Shown: one piece after another, positions 47,701 through 56,756 of the stretch
Numbering within the stretch: the stretch's first letter is position 1
Layout of the letters: each line of letters starts with the position of its first letter
DNA from: Candidatus Gottesmanbacteria bacterium GW2011_GWA2_43_14
Lineage (GTDB): Bacteria > Patescibacteriota > Microgenomatia > 2-02-FULL-39-11
Direction of reading: 5' to 3'
NCBI GenBank assembly: GCA_000999095.1
Contig: LCFP01000001.1
Location: 74,230-138,229, forward strand
Length of the DNA: 64,000 bases
The notes under the pieces: model-generated
Told to the model about the DNA's origin: nothing
The model's database searches: none
Seen by the model: only the letters and a program-made list of their open reading frames with translations
Made by a program: the position numbers and the translations under genes

Positions 47701-47847
47701 CAGAAAATCTTCCAGCCGTACCCTGACAATATAACCCGGCAGCACGTCCAAAAGCGGCAGCTTCGGATAAAGCGGGATGAAAATCAACAGAAACTGGGCA
47801 AAGATTGGCAGGAGATGGTTATCCAACCAACCGGTAAGCTTGCGCAT
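44752..47847 (-). CDS. Fusion membrane protein: N-terminal O-antigen ligase/polymerase-like (Wzy_C/WaaL-like) domain plus C-terminal GT-C fold (ArnT/PMT-like) glycosyltransferase domain
   Basis: 1031 aa with about 22 predicted TM helices. The N-terminal half carries ASRTSFLAYLAGLFL, a large loop, and FGSGYS...DNDYLRALGETGLFGFAAF (O-antigen ligase family signature). The C-terminal half starts with the helix LLIILIPAFSLRLY and a first extracytoplasmic loop HSWRQADTSAVTRNY (acidic-residue loop typical of GT-C enzymes), followed by many further helices. Confidence 0.55.
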   Translation of the reverse strand: MRKLTGWLDNHLLPIFAQFLLIFIPLYPKLPLLDVLPGYIVRVRLEDFLILSAGIIWFSQLLRGKINLKGNPLSKWMAVYLSAGLLSIVSALFIAKSVPLETLHVSKVLLHFLRRIEYFSLFFIFFTTVKSLKQALSYFYILSAVILTVALYGFGQKYLYWPAFSTMNREFSKGWMLYLTEHARVLSTFGGHYDLAAYMMMALILLWSIFFSLKKLLAKAIVFIILSAAFWTLILTASRTSFLAYLAGLFLMFAFWSFRRGLVWSLKRYLAVTVLSIVIMLSFGDLSERFTRFLRLDERLSGIKSLVMLPIGKPPTDKAYFLENNSSALSRITSKSDQPPTIGRPSDVEDDIPLKIVDADGNITEKARTYSQTAFIYDLSTAIRFDALWPRAVAGFKKNPLFGSGYSTLNKTQLTEFTEAESTDNDYLRALGETGLFGFAAFYGMLLYMLYYVWRNLEVLEDPLFFAVSAGFAGLIFGLMVNAVYIDVFESSKVAQSFWAISGIVLAGVHLSRGNNKKVPKPQVADLGSFFSSLKKKSLIFVKSDLFLLLIILIPAFSLRLYKIAEPLADWHSWRQADTSAVTRNYVKNGINLLYPVYDDLSNVASGKDNPKGYRFVEFPLYNIAAVAVDKLLVGYHLELKERLTSVLASLGTLIFIFLLVRKYSGRATAFWSSAFFAVLPYNVFFSRTILPEPFLAFTTTGMLYFADKAGEYRSFNKIFRLTISLIFASAAVLVKPFTVFLFLPLSYIFLKDKKISLKTLLFLLIYLILVMLPYFGWRVWSGNFPEGIPANSWLLNGDGIRFKGAFFQWMFAERLGKLILGYFGLPLLILGLLSPKKAENNLYYLWGLAILLFVTVVATGNVRHDYYQVLTIPIIAIFLGKGAVYLLSLSQSLGRLKVRVVLAVSVFFMLMFAWYHIRDFYNINHPEIVEAGRQVDLLTPRKSLVIAPYNGDTAFLYQTNRAGWPIMQKDIEGMIKMGAHFYVSVGNDELTKELVAAATNKDESLRLYKLIAKTDRYTIIQLVPDNRLPK

Positions 47848-48727
47848 AAAGTTTATATTTGGCCTTTTGCCGCATGATTATACCAAAAACTATAAGCCGT
47901 AACAAAGCTCCGCTTCGCAAAATCACCCGAACTACCGGTAAAAATTTAGGGGCGCTGCGTTTGTAAAGATAAAGCAGCGATTTAAATTCCTCGACAATGC
48001 CGCTTAAACTGCCAGCCGCCGAAGCCCCCTTATAATGACAGACCTCGGATTCAGGCTGGTATACGATGCGGTATCCCTTTTTTATTATCCTTCTGCATAA
48101 ATCCACTTCCTCACCGTACATAAAAATGGATTCATCAAAGGTTCCGGCAGTCTTCAATGCTTCTTTTTTTACCAAAAGACAGGCTGCAGTCAGCCAGCCG
48201 GCTTCCTGCCTTTGGCGGTAAAAACCGGCATCCGTGACATGATACGGTTTTAAAAACTGCCAGATAAAAGGAAAATCATCTATAAAAAACATCCAATAAA
48301 AGATTTTTAAAGGACTCGGGTAAAAACCGGCCGAAGGCTGCAGGCTGCCGTCCCTGTTCAAAAGCCTGGGTCCGGCTGCACCTGTTTTTGCGGCAGCTTC
48401 CAGTTCTTTTAATAAATGTCCTAAAAATCCGGCTTTGACTACGGTATCGCTGTTTAACAGCAGTATATAGCGGCCACGGGCTTTTTTAATACCCAAATTG
48501 TTACCCTTGGCAAAGCCGAGGTTGTTTTTATTTTCCAGAAGAATTGCTTCCGGGAATTGACGTCTGATCATATCCCGGGATCCGTCAGTCGAAGCGTTAT
48601 CCACCACTATTATTTCAAAACCGGTCTCTGTCATCTCAGCCTCTAATGCTTTTTTCAGGCTGGCCAGTGATTCCCTTAAAAGATGAGAGGTATTGAAAGA
48701 GACAATGACGGCTGACAGTATAATCAT
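47819..48727 (-). CDS. GT2-family glycosyltransferase
   Basis: 302 aa. ILSAVIVSFNT...EIIVVDNASTDGS and LLNSDT (DxD). Confidence 0.8.
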   Translation of the reverse strand: MIILSAVIVSFNTSHLLRESLASLKKALEAEMTETGFEIIVVDNASTDGSRDMIRRQFPEAILLENKNNLGFAKGNNLGIKKARGRYILLLNSDTVVKAGFLGHLLKELEAAAKTGAAGPRLLNRDGSLQPSAGFYPSPLKIFYWMFFIDDFPFIWQFLKPYHVTDAGFYRQRQEAGWLTAACLLVKKEALKTAGTFDESIFMYGEEVDLCRRIIKKGYRIVYQPESEVCHYKGASAAGSLSGIVEEFKSLLYLYKRSAPKFLPVVRVILRSGALLRLIVFGIIMRQKAKYKLYAQAYRLVG

Positions 48728-48736
48728 GGATAGACT

Positions 48737-49330
48737 TCACTGGAACAAACGTGCCCGTCCCAGGCGGTATTTGGGATTTTTATTCTTCCTTTCCCCAATG
48801 GGTTTGGCCGGTACTCCGCCGGCAATTGTAAAGGGTGGCACGTCGCGGGTAACGACGGCTCCGGCAGCCACCACCGCTCCCCGGCCGACGGTAACTCCGG
48901 GCAGGATGATAGCCCTGGGACCGACAAAGACATAATCTTCTATTTTGACAGTACCTAAAGTTGCTGAAAAATCTTCACTGTTTACGTCATGCTCTGAGTT
49001 ATATATCAGGACCTGCGAGGCTATATCAACATGGTTTCCTATTAGAAGCTCGGAGCGCCCGTCAAGAAAAACATTGTCTCCGATAATTGTATCCTCCCCG
49101 ATTGTGATATTGACCGGATTATAAAAATTGCACCACATGTGGATTGTCGAACCCCGGCCCAAACTTATGCCGGCCAGGCGGTAGATAAACTGTCTTATCA
49201 GATGTGATGGAATGCAGCTGGCCAGGCGCAAAAACATCAATTCGATATCCAAAAAAATATTCAGGATTCTGTTCAGGCTTTTTTGCCATAATTCTCCGGT
49301 AGTCAGCTGCCTGCCCATTTTGTCTCTCAT
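48737..49330 (-). CDS. Hexapeptide-repeat (LbH) sugar O-acetyltransferase (WbbJ/MAT-like)
   Basis: 197 aa. The C-terminal half is built of [LIV]G.. hexapeptide repeats (IGDNVFLDGRSELLIGNHVDIASQVLI...). Confidence 0.75.
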   Translation of the reverse strand: MRDKMGRQLTTGELWQKSLNRILNIFLDIELMFLRLASCIPSHLIRQFIYRLAGISLGRGSTIHMWCNFYNPVNITIGEDTIIGDNVFLDGRSELLIGNHVDIASQVLIYNSEHDVNSEDFSATLGTVKIEDYVFVGPRAIILPGVTVGRGAVVAAGAVVTRDVPPFTIAGGVPAKPIGERKNKNPKYRLGRARLFQ

Positions 49331-50457
49331 AGACTTACGCTTTCTAAAATATTCAACAATTTGCGGCTGCTTTTTTCCCAGGAAAAAGCGGCAGCCCTTT
49401 CTTTGCCTTTTCTGATTAAGGAAAGCCTTACTTTTTCATTATAACAGGCTGTTTCCAAGGCCCTTGCCAAATCATCAGTGCTTGCGGGATCAAATAAAAG
49501 GCCTGCCCCCGCCGCAACCTCCGGCAGAGAGGAAGTATTAGAAACAGCCACCGGTATGCCACAGGCCATAGCTTCAACCACCGGAATGCCGAAGCCTTCG
49601 TATAAAGAAGGCTGAACCAGGGCTTTAGCCTGGCGGTAAAGGGCCGGCAAATCCGCATCCGCCACAAAACCTGTGAATACAAGCTTCTTTTTTATTCCTT
49701 CCGCATCCATCTTCCGCAGAAATTCTCCATAGAGCCAGCCTTTTTTCCCGGCGATGACCAGCTGCAGGTCCGGTCTTCGGCGGTAAAGCCGGGAAAAGGC
49801 ATTCAGAAGCCTGTCCAGATTTTTCCGCGGTTGAACAGTGCCGACATATAAGAGGTAATCCCCTCTCAATTGGTAGCGGCGGCGGATGAATTCAGCTTCA
49901 CCCTTTGCTTTTTTGTCATTGAACAGCCGTCTGTTGATGCCCGGATAAACTACCTCTACTTTATCTTCCGGAATATCATAGTGTTTCAGAATATCCGCTT
50001 TGCTGCTTTTGCTTATGGTAATGACTTTGGCGGCGGCGGCAACCGAATAGTCTGTCCAATTCTTTAACTGCCACAAATCTTTCCTCAAAAAGGTTTCGGG
50101 GAAATGAAGATAAGACAGGTCCATGACTGAAACAACTGTTTTTATCGGTGAAAATCTGGGTGCGTAATGAGTTGTAGAGAAAAAAATATCAGGCCTTGTT
50201 GCGGCGGTATAGAGCTGCCAGGGCAGGGCAAATTGCGTCCACAGAAACCGTGGTCCGAAAACGCGGTAACGCCAGAAATCTTTTTCCGGGGGCAGCTGTT
50301 TGCCCGGCTCATCCTTGAGATAAATTTCGACTGCAATTCCGGCATTATGCGAATTTAATAAAAGTAAATGCAGATTTTTGATAAGCTCCAGAGCATAACG
50401 GCCGATACCTACAAGACGGTTTTCGTTGGCTTCATTGGCATCAATCCCGATAATCAT
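49327..50457 (-). CDS. GT4-family glycosyltransferase
   Basis: 376 aa. C-terminus EGFGIPVVEAMACGIPVAVSN. Confidence 0.8.
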   Translation of the reverse strand: MIIGIDANEANENRLVGIGRYALELIKNLHLLLLNSHNAGIAVEIYLKDEPGKQLPPEKDFWRYRVFGPRFLWTQFALPWQLYTAATRPDIFFSTTHYAPRFSPIKTVVSVMDLSYLHFPETFLRKDLWQLKNWTDYSVAAAAKVITISKSSKADILKHYDIPEDKVEVVYPGINRRLFNDKKAKGEAEFIRRRYQLRGDYLLYVGTVQPRKNLDRLLNAFSRLYRRRPDLQLVIAGKKGWLYGEFLRKMDAEGIKKKLVFTGFVADADLPALYRQAKALVQPSLYEGFGIPVVEAMACGIPVAVSNTSSLPEVAAGAGLLFDPASTDDLARALETACYNEKVRLSLIRKGKERAAAFSWEKSSRKLLNILESVSL

Positions 50458-51599
50458 TCTTTTTTGGCCTTTTTGAATAACTGTTCATAATTTTCCAGGA
50501 CTTCAGCCGCTGTTTTTTGCCAGCTGAATTTCCCGGACTGGATAAATCCTTTTTCCACCAGCTTCCGTCTGAAATCCCCATCCGAATACAGGCGGTAAAT
50601 TTTCCCTGCCAGGTCCTGCCTGTTTTCAGGATCGGCATAGAGGACGGCTCCACCGCCGACTTCCGGCAGGCTGCCCCGTCTGCTGGTTATGACCGGACAG
50701 CCCGATTTCATGGCTTCCAAAACGGTAAAGCCGAATCCTTCATAGAGTGAGGGAAAAAGCAGCGCTTCCGCCCGGCGGTAGAGAGCGGCCAATTCCGTAT
50801 CCGGAACCATGCCGGCATTGATCATGTTCTGCACCTGAGGCAATATACCGGACCAGCCTTTTTTCCCGGTCAGGACGAGAAAAACCTCGGAGCTGCTATC
50901 AGTATCTGTAAGTTTCTGCCGGAACAGTTCAAAAGCTCCGCAGGCTGTCTCCAAATTTTTGCGAAGCTCCTGAGTGCCAACCGCCAAAAAGTATCTGCCC
51001 TTTATGCCGTATTTTCCCAGGACCATACGGTCTTCATTGTCCGTTTTTGCTTGGAAAAGGCTATTGACTCCGGGATAGATTGTCCTGATCCTGGTTGGTT
51101 TAATTTTGAGTATTTTCCCCAAATCAATTTTTGTGCTTTCCGAATCACTGAAAATAAGGTCAGCCTCTTTTTTAACGTGTTCCATTCGCCTTCTTTGCTG
51201 GCTGACAATTAACGGGGAAGAAGTTTCAGGAAAAAGGTAGGCCACCAGGTCATGAACGGTAGTCACTTTCAGGCTGCGGCTGGGGAACTGGATCCAGTCG
51301 GAAGAGTGGAAAATGTCGGACTCTCCCGTCAAATTCTCAATATTAAAGCGGTGAAGGCTGTTCCCCCAGGCTGACAGCAATGTCTGAGGCAGCCGTATAA
51401 GAACCGTCTTAAGTTTCGGGTGCGGCGGCAAATCCCTGACAATCTCCTTCAGATTCTCCAACAAGCCGAAGCTGTAACCGAATAGGCAATAGCTGTTAGT
51501 CCTATCCAGTTTCAAAAGTTGCTTTACCAGTTCCCCGGTATAGTTCGCCACACCGCTGCCGCGGTAAGCCACTTGTGATATATCGATGGTTATTCTCAT
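50454..51599 (-). CDS. GT4-family glycosyltransferase
   Basis: 381 aa. C-terminus EGFGFTVLEAMKSGCPVITS. Confidence 0.8.
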   Translation of the reverse strand: MRITIDISQVAYRGSGVANYTGELVKQLLKLDRTNSYCLFGYSFGLLENLKEIVRDLPPHPKLKTVLIRLPQTLLSAWGNSLHRFNIENLTGESDIFHSSDWIQFPSRSLKVTTVHDLVAYLFPETSSPLIVSQQRRRMEHVKKEADLIFSDSESTKIDLGKILKIKPTRIRTIYPGVNSLFQAKTDNEDRMVLGKYGIKGRYFLAVGTQELRKNLETACGAFELFRQKLTDTDSSSEVFLVLTGKKGWSGILPQVQNMINAGMVPDTELAALYRRAEALLFPSLYEGFGFTVLEAMKSGCPVITSRRGSLPEVGGGAVLYADPENRQDLAGKIYRLYSDGDFRRKLVEKGFIQSGKFSWQKTAAEVLENYEQLFKKAKKE

Positions 51600-52402
51600 T
51601 TTTGTATATAAACGTAAAATATTTTCCTGTAAGCCGGAGGCCTGTTCAGGCGAATCATCAAAGGCAATACCAGGAGCATGATCTTACGGAAAAAGACATT
51701 GATGAAAAGGTTTTTGGTCATCCAGCCTTTCATTAAAAAATCCCTTAATTTTAAATTTTCATTGTTTTCGATTTCCACTCTGATTTTTTTATTCTGCATA
51801 CGGGCGGCTTTCCTGATGTCGGCGGATAAATCGGAAGGTTCCGGCAATCCGAAACCGATTTGCTCGTCAAAAAAATGGTAGCTTTTGCCGAACTTCTCCC
51901 GGTAATACAGGCTTAATTGCTCATCCTGGGCCTGGGAAAGTTTGCCGGAAGGCACCGCCAGAAAAACGGCTTTTCCGGCTACCCTTATCATTTCGCTGAT
52001 GGCCTGAAACCGCTCTGTTTTACTTAAATGCTCCAGCATATCAACGGAGACAACAATGCGGAAACTGGCGTCGGCAAAGGGCAGTTTCAGGGCGGAAGCT
52101 TCTATTTTCAAAAGGCGTTCGTGATAAGGAGGACTGAAACCTACATCGAGTCCCGTCACCTTCATTTTAATATAAGGCGCAATGCCCAATCCGCCTGATC
52201 CGACATCCAGAACTGATGGTTTACGGTCCAGTTTTTTTATTCTGGCTACAATCGGCAGGTAGCGCAGTGCGACTTCCGGATGCCAGCCCCTGAAAAGGAA
52301 AAGTCCCTTGACGTACTGCTTAAAGCTGTTTTTCATAAGTACGGACAAATCCCACTCCCTCAAAATTATTGACAGAGCTTTCTCTGAAACCGGCAGCTTC
52401 AA
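51596..52402 (-). CDS. Class I SAM-dependent methyltransferase
   Basis: 268 aa. Motif I VLDVGSGGLGIAPY, then motif II. Confidence 0.7.
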   Translation of the reverse strand: MKLPVSEKALSIILREWDLSVLMKNSFKQYVKGLFLFRGWHPEVALRYLPIVARIKKLDRKPSVLDVGSGGLGIAPYIKMKVTGLDVGFSPPYHERLLKIEASALKLPFADASFRIVVSVDMLEHLSKTERFQAISEMIRVAGKAVFLAVPSGKLSQAQDEQLSLYYREKFGKSYHFFDEQIGFGLPEPSDLSADIRKAARMQNKKIRVEIENNENLKLRDFLMKGWMTKNLFINVFFRKIMLLVLPLMIRLNRPPAYRKIFYVYIQK

Positions 52403-53678
52403 TCTCCAGCTCCAGTTTCTTCTCAGGATCTGTCAATTCCCTCAGATAATCAAATAAATAGACTTTTTGTTTGCCTGATAGATTTGCCGACAACCTGGCA
52501 AGATCATCATCTTCTACCCGGAAATTTACAGCTGCTCCGATTGCGGGAGTATAGCGTGCATATAACTGGTAAGGAGCAAACGGCTCCGGAAAAGCAAAAA
52601 CCGCCAGGCTTTCAGTTTTTGTCTGATCAACATATGAGACTGCAGCCCGCCAATTTTCCCTCTGAAAAAGGGGATTATAGTAATAAACGGCCAAGCTTGC
52701 CAGGGATATAAAAATCAGAAGATACAGGACAACCTTGACACCTCCGAGGTGAGAAACGATCGACAGGTATAGAAACGGCAGTAAAAAGAGCAGCCTTTGC
52801 GGAGCAACCACCGGCAGAAAAAAGGAAATTAGGATTGCCAGTGTAAACGGCCCCCAAAAGAGGATCGCGTATTCCGTAAATTTTCGTTTGACAACGCTTT
52901 CGTATAGCGACCACAAGGCAAAAACCGCCAGAGGTGAAACCAGCAATAAATATAAAAAATTATTATCCGGGTTTAGCCTGCCCAGGGAAAAACGGGCAAA
53001 AGTCAAGCCTAAATTTCGGAAACTTCCGAAAGAAACTACTTCCTGCCAGCCGGTGAAGCTGCCGCCGAAACCGACGTCCAACTGTCTTTTAACTTCCGGC
53101 AGCCAGGGCAGGAAAAAAAGCAGTGAAACAAAAAATGCGGTGATGAATTTTTTTATATCTTTTTTTTCCTGAAAATAGACAACCAGTCCCTGTCCGAAAA
53201 GCAGGAACAGCGTAAAGTAAGAAGTATACCAACAGGCAATCAGGGAAACGGCAAACGCCGTATAATTTTTTTTCATCAGATAATAGGTTGAAACCAGAAC
53301 CAGTAAGGAAAACAGTATGTACGGCCGGGCTTCCTGGGAATAATAGACATGGTAGGCGGAAACAGCCAAAAGCAACGTAACCGCCAGCGATAAATATTGG
53401 TTTAAACGGATGCGTGCCAGGCGGTAGATGTAAACCAGACTACCCACACCCAGCATAACCGATAATAGCCTGACCCAAATCTCACTACTGCCCCCTTTCA
53501 ACCAGAAGTGAAGAAGCAGATGATACAATGGCGGGTGGAAATCAGCCGCCAAATTAAACTGCTGTAAAAACGGTCTGGAGGACTCAATCACCTGGGCAGC
53601 TTCATCCAGCCAAAAACTCTGATTTAAACCAATCAACCTCAAAATCAGGCCGGAAGTAAGGATTAACAATAATTTCAT
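52320..53678 (-). CDS. GT-C fold membrane glycosyltransferase (ArnT/PMT-like, GT39/GT83-type)
   Basis: 452 aa, polytopic. The first extracytoplasmic loop carries FWLDEAAQ (the DE motif characteristic of lipid-phosphate-sugar-dependent GT-C enzymes). Confidence 0.6.
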   Translation of the reverse strand: MKLLLILTSGLILRLIGLNQSFWLDEAAQVIESSRPFLQQFNLAADFHPPLYHLLLHFWLKGGSSEIWVRLLSVMLGVGSLVYIYRLARIRLNQYLSLAVTLLLAVSAYHVYYSQEARPYILFSLLVLVSTYYLMKKNYTAFAVSLIACWYTSYFTLFLLFGQGLVVYFQEKKDIKKFITAFFVSLLFFLPWLPEVKRQLDVGFGGSFTGWQEVVSFGSFRNLGLTFARFSLGRLNPDNNFLYLLLVSPLAVFALWSLYESVVKRKFTEYAILFWGPFTLAILISFFLPVVAPQRLLFLLPFLYLSIVSHLGGVKVVLYLLIFISLASLAVYYYNPLFQRENWRAAVSYVDQTKTESLAVFAFPEPFAPYQLYARYTPAIGAAVNFRVEDDDLARLSANLSGKQKVYLFDYLRELTDPEKKLELEIEAAGFRESSVNNFEGVGFVRTYEKQL

Positions 53679-54520
53679 TTGTATTTACTTTCCCTGAAAA
53701 ATGATTTAACTACCGATACGGTTACCCCCAAAGAATAAACAGCGGAAAAAGGAATCAGTAACAGTTGCCTGTATTTTACAGACAAAATCAGCGACCTGGG
53801 AATTTGGTATAAGGGGCTGTACCTGAAAAGATTAAAAAGCCGCCTGAGGAGTGTGCCCGAAATAAACTCGTTTTTACCGATCCATCTGGCCTGGCGGTAA
53901 ACTTCCGGAAATGTTTCCGGATTATAATGGTAGCTTTTTGCTCCGGCTGCCAAATCGGCTTTGTAACCGAGTTTGCGCGACAGTGTCCAGTCGTCAGTGT
54001 AACCGATGGGGGTAAAACCACCGGACTTTAAAAATTCGCTTTTTAAGATTGCCCGGAAAACCGGAGAGACCTGCCCGTATTCAGCTTTTATCCTGTTCCT
54101 TCCGGGCAAACCGCCAAAATAATTCCAGCATCTGGAAAGCGGCTTATCCCAGTTGGCGACCTCCTCATCCGTGTTAAAAGTCCCTTTACTTTTTCCCGTT
54201 TTGATGGGAAGAGTCAGTTTCTCCAGAAATTTATGTTCAAAAGTCATGTCGCTGTCGGCAAAAACCAGAATCGTACCGCGGGTTTTGGCGGCGGCAAAAT
54301 TCCTGGCCAAACCCGGCCCCCGGTGGGCTGTTTTACGCAGTTTGACGGAACAATCCCTGTTTGATCTGATGAATTCCCTGACAGCCTCAGCTGTCCCATC
54401 AGTCGAACCGTCATCAACCACGATAATTTCACGGGGCTTCACCGATTGCCGGCAAAGAGACAACAGGCAGGCTTTAATTGTCGATTGTTCGTTATAGACA
54501 GGAATTATGACCGAAATCAT
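53675..54520 (-). CDS. GT2-family glycosyltransferase
   Basis: 281 aa. ISVIIPVYNE...EIIVVDDGSTDGT and FADSDM (DxD). Confidence 0.8.
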   Translation of the reverse strand: MISVIIPVYNEQSTIKACLLSLCRQSVKPREIIVVDDGSTDGTAEAVREFIRSNRDCSVKLRKTAHRGPGLARNFAAAKTRGTILVFADSDMTFEHKFLEKLTLPIKTGKSKGTFNTDEEVANWDKPLSRCWNYFGGLPGRNRIKAEYGQVSPVFRAILKSEFLKSGGFTPIGYTDDWTLSRKLGYKADLAAGAKSYHYNPETFPEVYRQARWIGKNEFISGTLLRRLFNLFRYSPLYQIPRSLILSVKYRQLLLIPFSAVYSLGVTVSVVKSFFRESKYK

Positions 54521-54577
54521 CTCATTATTTTACTATAGGACTTAAAAAAGACGAAATTATATAATAGCATTAGATAT
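54521..54577. promoter_or_regulatory. Divergent promoter region between the GT2 gene (minus) and the GT-C gene (plus)
   Basis: 57-bp AT-rich spacer between divergent start codons. It contains TATAAT (attatataatagc) about 15 nt upstream of the plus-strand ATG at 54578. Confidence 0.35.
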
Positions 54578-56152
54578 ATGCGCTTCAAGCCGAAACTTCT
54601 TTTTATCATATCACTTATCATAGCCTTGGGACTGTTTTTAAGGTTATACCGCTATGAGGAACTCTTTTACTATGCCATTGATGAGGAAAAGGCGGCTTAT
54701 ATCACAACCGGAATTGCCAAACTGGAACACTTGCCGACTGCCGGTTACCCTTCGTCCATAGGCTTCCGGCAGGGACCGTTATTTTTTTATTTGACCTCCT
54801 TTGTCTACCGTTTTTTCGATCCCCTCCCTGTCACTGTCGGTTATTTAAGCATCTTGGCTTCTGTCGTATCCATGCTTTTAATTTATGCAGTAATGAAAAA
54901 AATAAACCCAAAAACCGGACTTATTGCCGTCTTTTTTTATGCCGTTTCCTATCTTAACGTCCTGTACGAAAGGAGAGGCTGGCAGTTATCGCTTGATTCC
55001 CTGCTTATCCTCACGGTACTTTATTCGCTGCTCAATTTGATTAAAGGCAAACAGAAATTCATCATTCCCCTTTTTCTGTCTCTGGCCATGATGACCAATT
55101 TTGAAATGGCTCTTCTGAATTTCCTGCCGTGGACACTTATGGCTTGGCTTTTTTTCAGGATTAACACGCATCGTAAATTCATAATTATAGGAATAAGCCT
55201 GATAATCGCCGCAAATGCCTCACTTCTGGTTTTCGACCTGAGACACCAGTTTTTAAACAGCCGCTATCTGTTAAATTACTTTATTAGCGATTCATCAATA
55301 CGCATTGCTCCCAATGTTCCCCTGACAGGACAAAGGGAGGTATACCTTGCCCATAATTTATTCCCCAACACTTTAGCCAGAACCCTCTATCCGGCTGCCG
55401 GACATGATCTGGCCATTCAGTATGCCAACTGTCCTCAATATTTGACTTTTAAATACTCCCGCATTCCGAAGATATTACGGCTCTTTGTGATACTGCTGAT
55501 TTTTTATTATGTATATTTTCTTTTTAAAAAAAGGCAAATTCGTGATCTGAATTGGCAGCTGGTATTTCTGGCTGTTTCTTTTATTCTGCTTCATTTTGCG
55601 GCCACTTCAGTTTATACCTATATCTTTCAGGGTGAGATGGCCGAATATTATCTCATCCCTGTTTTCGCATTTTTCTTTATGCTGGTAGCCCTGGCTTTTA
55701 GAGAAATGGTAAATAGAAAGTTGTCACTTCCCGTTTACATATTGATGTTTTTGTTTTCCTGTGCCAACATCATACCCCTGGTTCAGTCAGAAAACAGTTA
55801 CGGTTTGAACAAGAAATTGGCAGCTGTCGATGCCGGACTTCGGGCTCTTGGCAATTCTTCATTTGAACTCTCTTCCTTCCAGACCTGCTGGTATTCCGGA
55901 GGCTACCGTTACCTGTTTACTTATAAAGGAAAGGAGCCTGATAGAAGCTATATGGACCGGTATCTTTCAGAATATTACACACCCGAAGCGGGTAAAAATG
56001 TTGACAGCGAGCTCATTATCCTGACGCCGGAACTGATCGGAGAAAATCCGGCAGGTTACGAGGCATACCGGCATGAAATCATCACAACTTCCGAGCATAT
56101 TGGCACTTTCGGCGCCATCGAAGTCTATCTCATAGATAGTAATGACTTATGA
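54578..56152 (+). CDS. GT-C fold membrane glycosyltransferase (ArnT/PMT-like). Paralogue of the protein at 62374-63954.
   Basis: 524 aa, polytopic. First loop YYAIDEEKAAYI (DE motif). Shares FFYAVSYL and a C-terminal soluble domain with the 62374-63954 protein. Confidence 0.6.
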   Translation: MRFKPKLLFIISLIIALGLFLRLYRYEELFYYAIDEEKAAYITTGIAKLEHLPTAGYPSSIGFRQGPLFFYLTSFVYRFFDPLPVTVGYLSILASVVSMLLIYAVMKKINPKTGLIAVFFYAVSYLNVLYERRGWQLSLDSLLILTVLYSLLNLIKGKQKFIIPLFLSLAMMTNFEMALLNFLPWTLMAWLFFRINTHRKFIIIGISLIIAANASLLVFDLRHQFLNSRYLLNYFISDSSIRIAPNVPLTGQREVYLAHNLFPNTLARTLYPAAGHDLAIQYANCPQYLTFKYSRIPKILRLFVILLIFYYVYFLFKKRQIRDLNWQLVFLAVSFILLHFAATSVYTYIFQGEMAEYYLIPVFAFFFMLVALAFREMVNRKLSLPVYILMFLFSCANIIPLVQSENSYGLNKKLAAVDAGLRALGNSSFELSSFQTCWYSGGYRYLFTYKGKEPDRSYMDRYLSEYYTPEAGKNVDSELIILTPELIGENPAGYEAYRHEIITTSEHIGTFGAIEVYLIDSNDL

Positions 56153-56748
56153 CACAACTGCATGAAATAGATTCCATTCCCGAAAAATTTAGGGTTAATG
56201 CGGAAAAAATCTGTCATAACCGGGATTCCGCCGGACGTGTTGCTTCCGGAAACGATTCAACAGTCTATCGGCTGGATGGATATGTTTATAAGATATACTC
56301 AGGTGAACGGCTGAAAGAATTAACCCAGAAAGAAATACTCAGGCTAATCAGACACTACCGGGAAATTACTAACAGGGCTGCTGAATTATCAGATTCTGAA
56401 AATTGGCAAATAAAAGTACCTTATCAGGATAAATTTTATCCGCTCAGGGTAAATCCAACTCATGTGGTTATTGAATGCACTATATGCCAAACAACAATCG
56501 GTGTAGCTCCTGAGATTGAAGGAAAAACATTAGACCAGGAAACGTTACTTTTTGATCCTAATGAATTAAAAATAGCTTTGTCAAATACCAGCGATTGGAT
56601 AAGCAACAGATTGGGAATACAACGACTTGAATTAACCGGAAATAATATTAAAGTTTTAGAAGACGAAACCATGGGCAAATACTTCATGGTTACTGATTTG
56701 GCCTCAGAAGTAAGTTTTGTAGCTCTTTCCACCTGGCGGGAGAAATAA
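56149..56748 (+). CDS. Hypothetical soluble protein, translationally coupled to the upstream GT-C gene
   Basis: 199 aa with no recognised motif. Its start overlaps the upstream stop by 4 nt (ATGA). Confidence 0.4.
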   Translation: MTQLHEIDSIPEKFRVNAEKICHNRDSAGRVASGNDSTVYRLDGYVYKIYSGERLKELTQKEILRLIRHYREITNRAAELSDSENWQIKVPYQDKFYPLRVNPTHVVIECTICQTTIGVAPEIEGKTLDQETLLFDPNELKIALSNTSDWISNRLGIQRLELTGNNIKVLEDETMGKYFMVTDLASEVSFVALSTWREK

Positions 56749-56756
56749 AGCTGTAC

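Noticed and set aside
44752-47847. Possibility that the 1031-aa ORF is a defence or transport system rather than a glycosylation enzyme
   Set aside because: No ATPase, nuclease or ABC/MFS signatures are present. Both halves instead carry motifs of lipid-linked-glycan processing enzymes (Wzy_C-like and GT-C-like). It is kept as a finding under the glycosylation interpretation.
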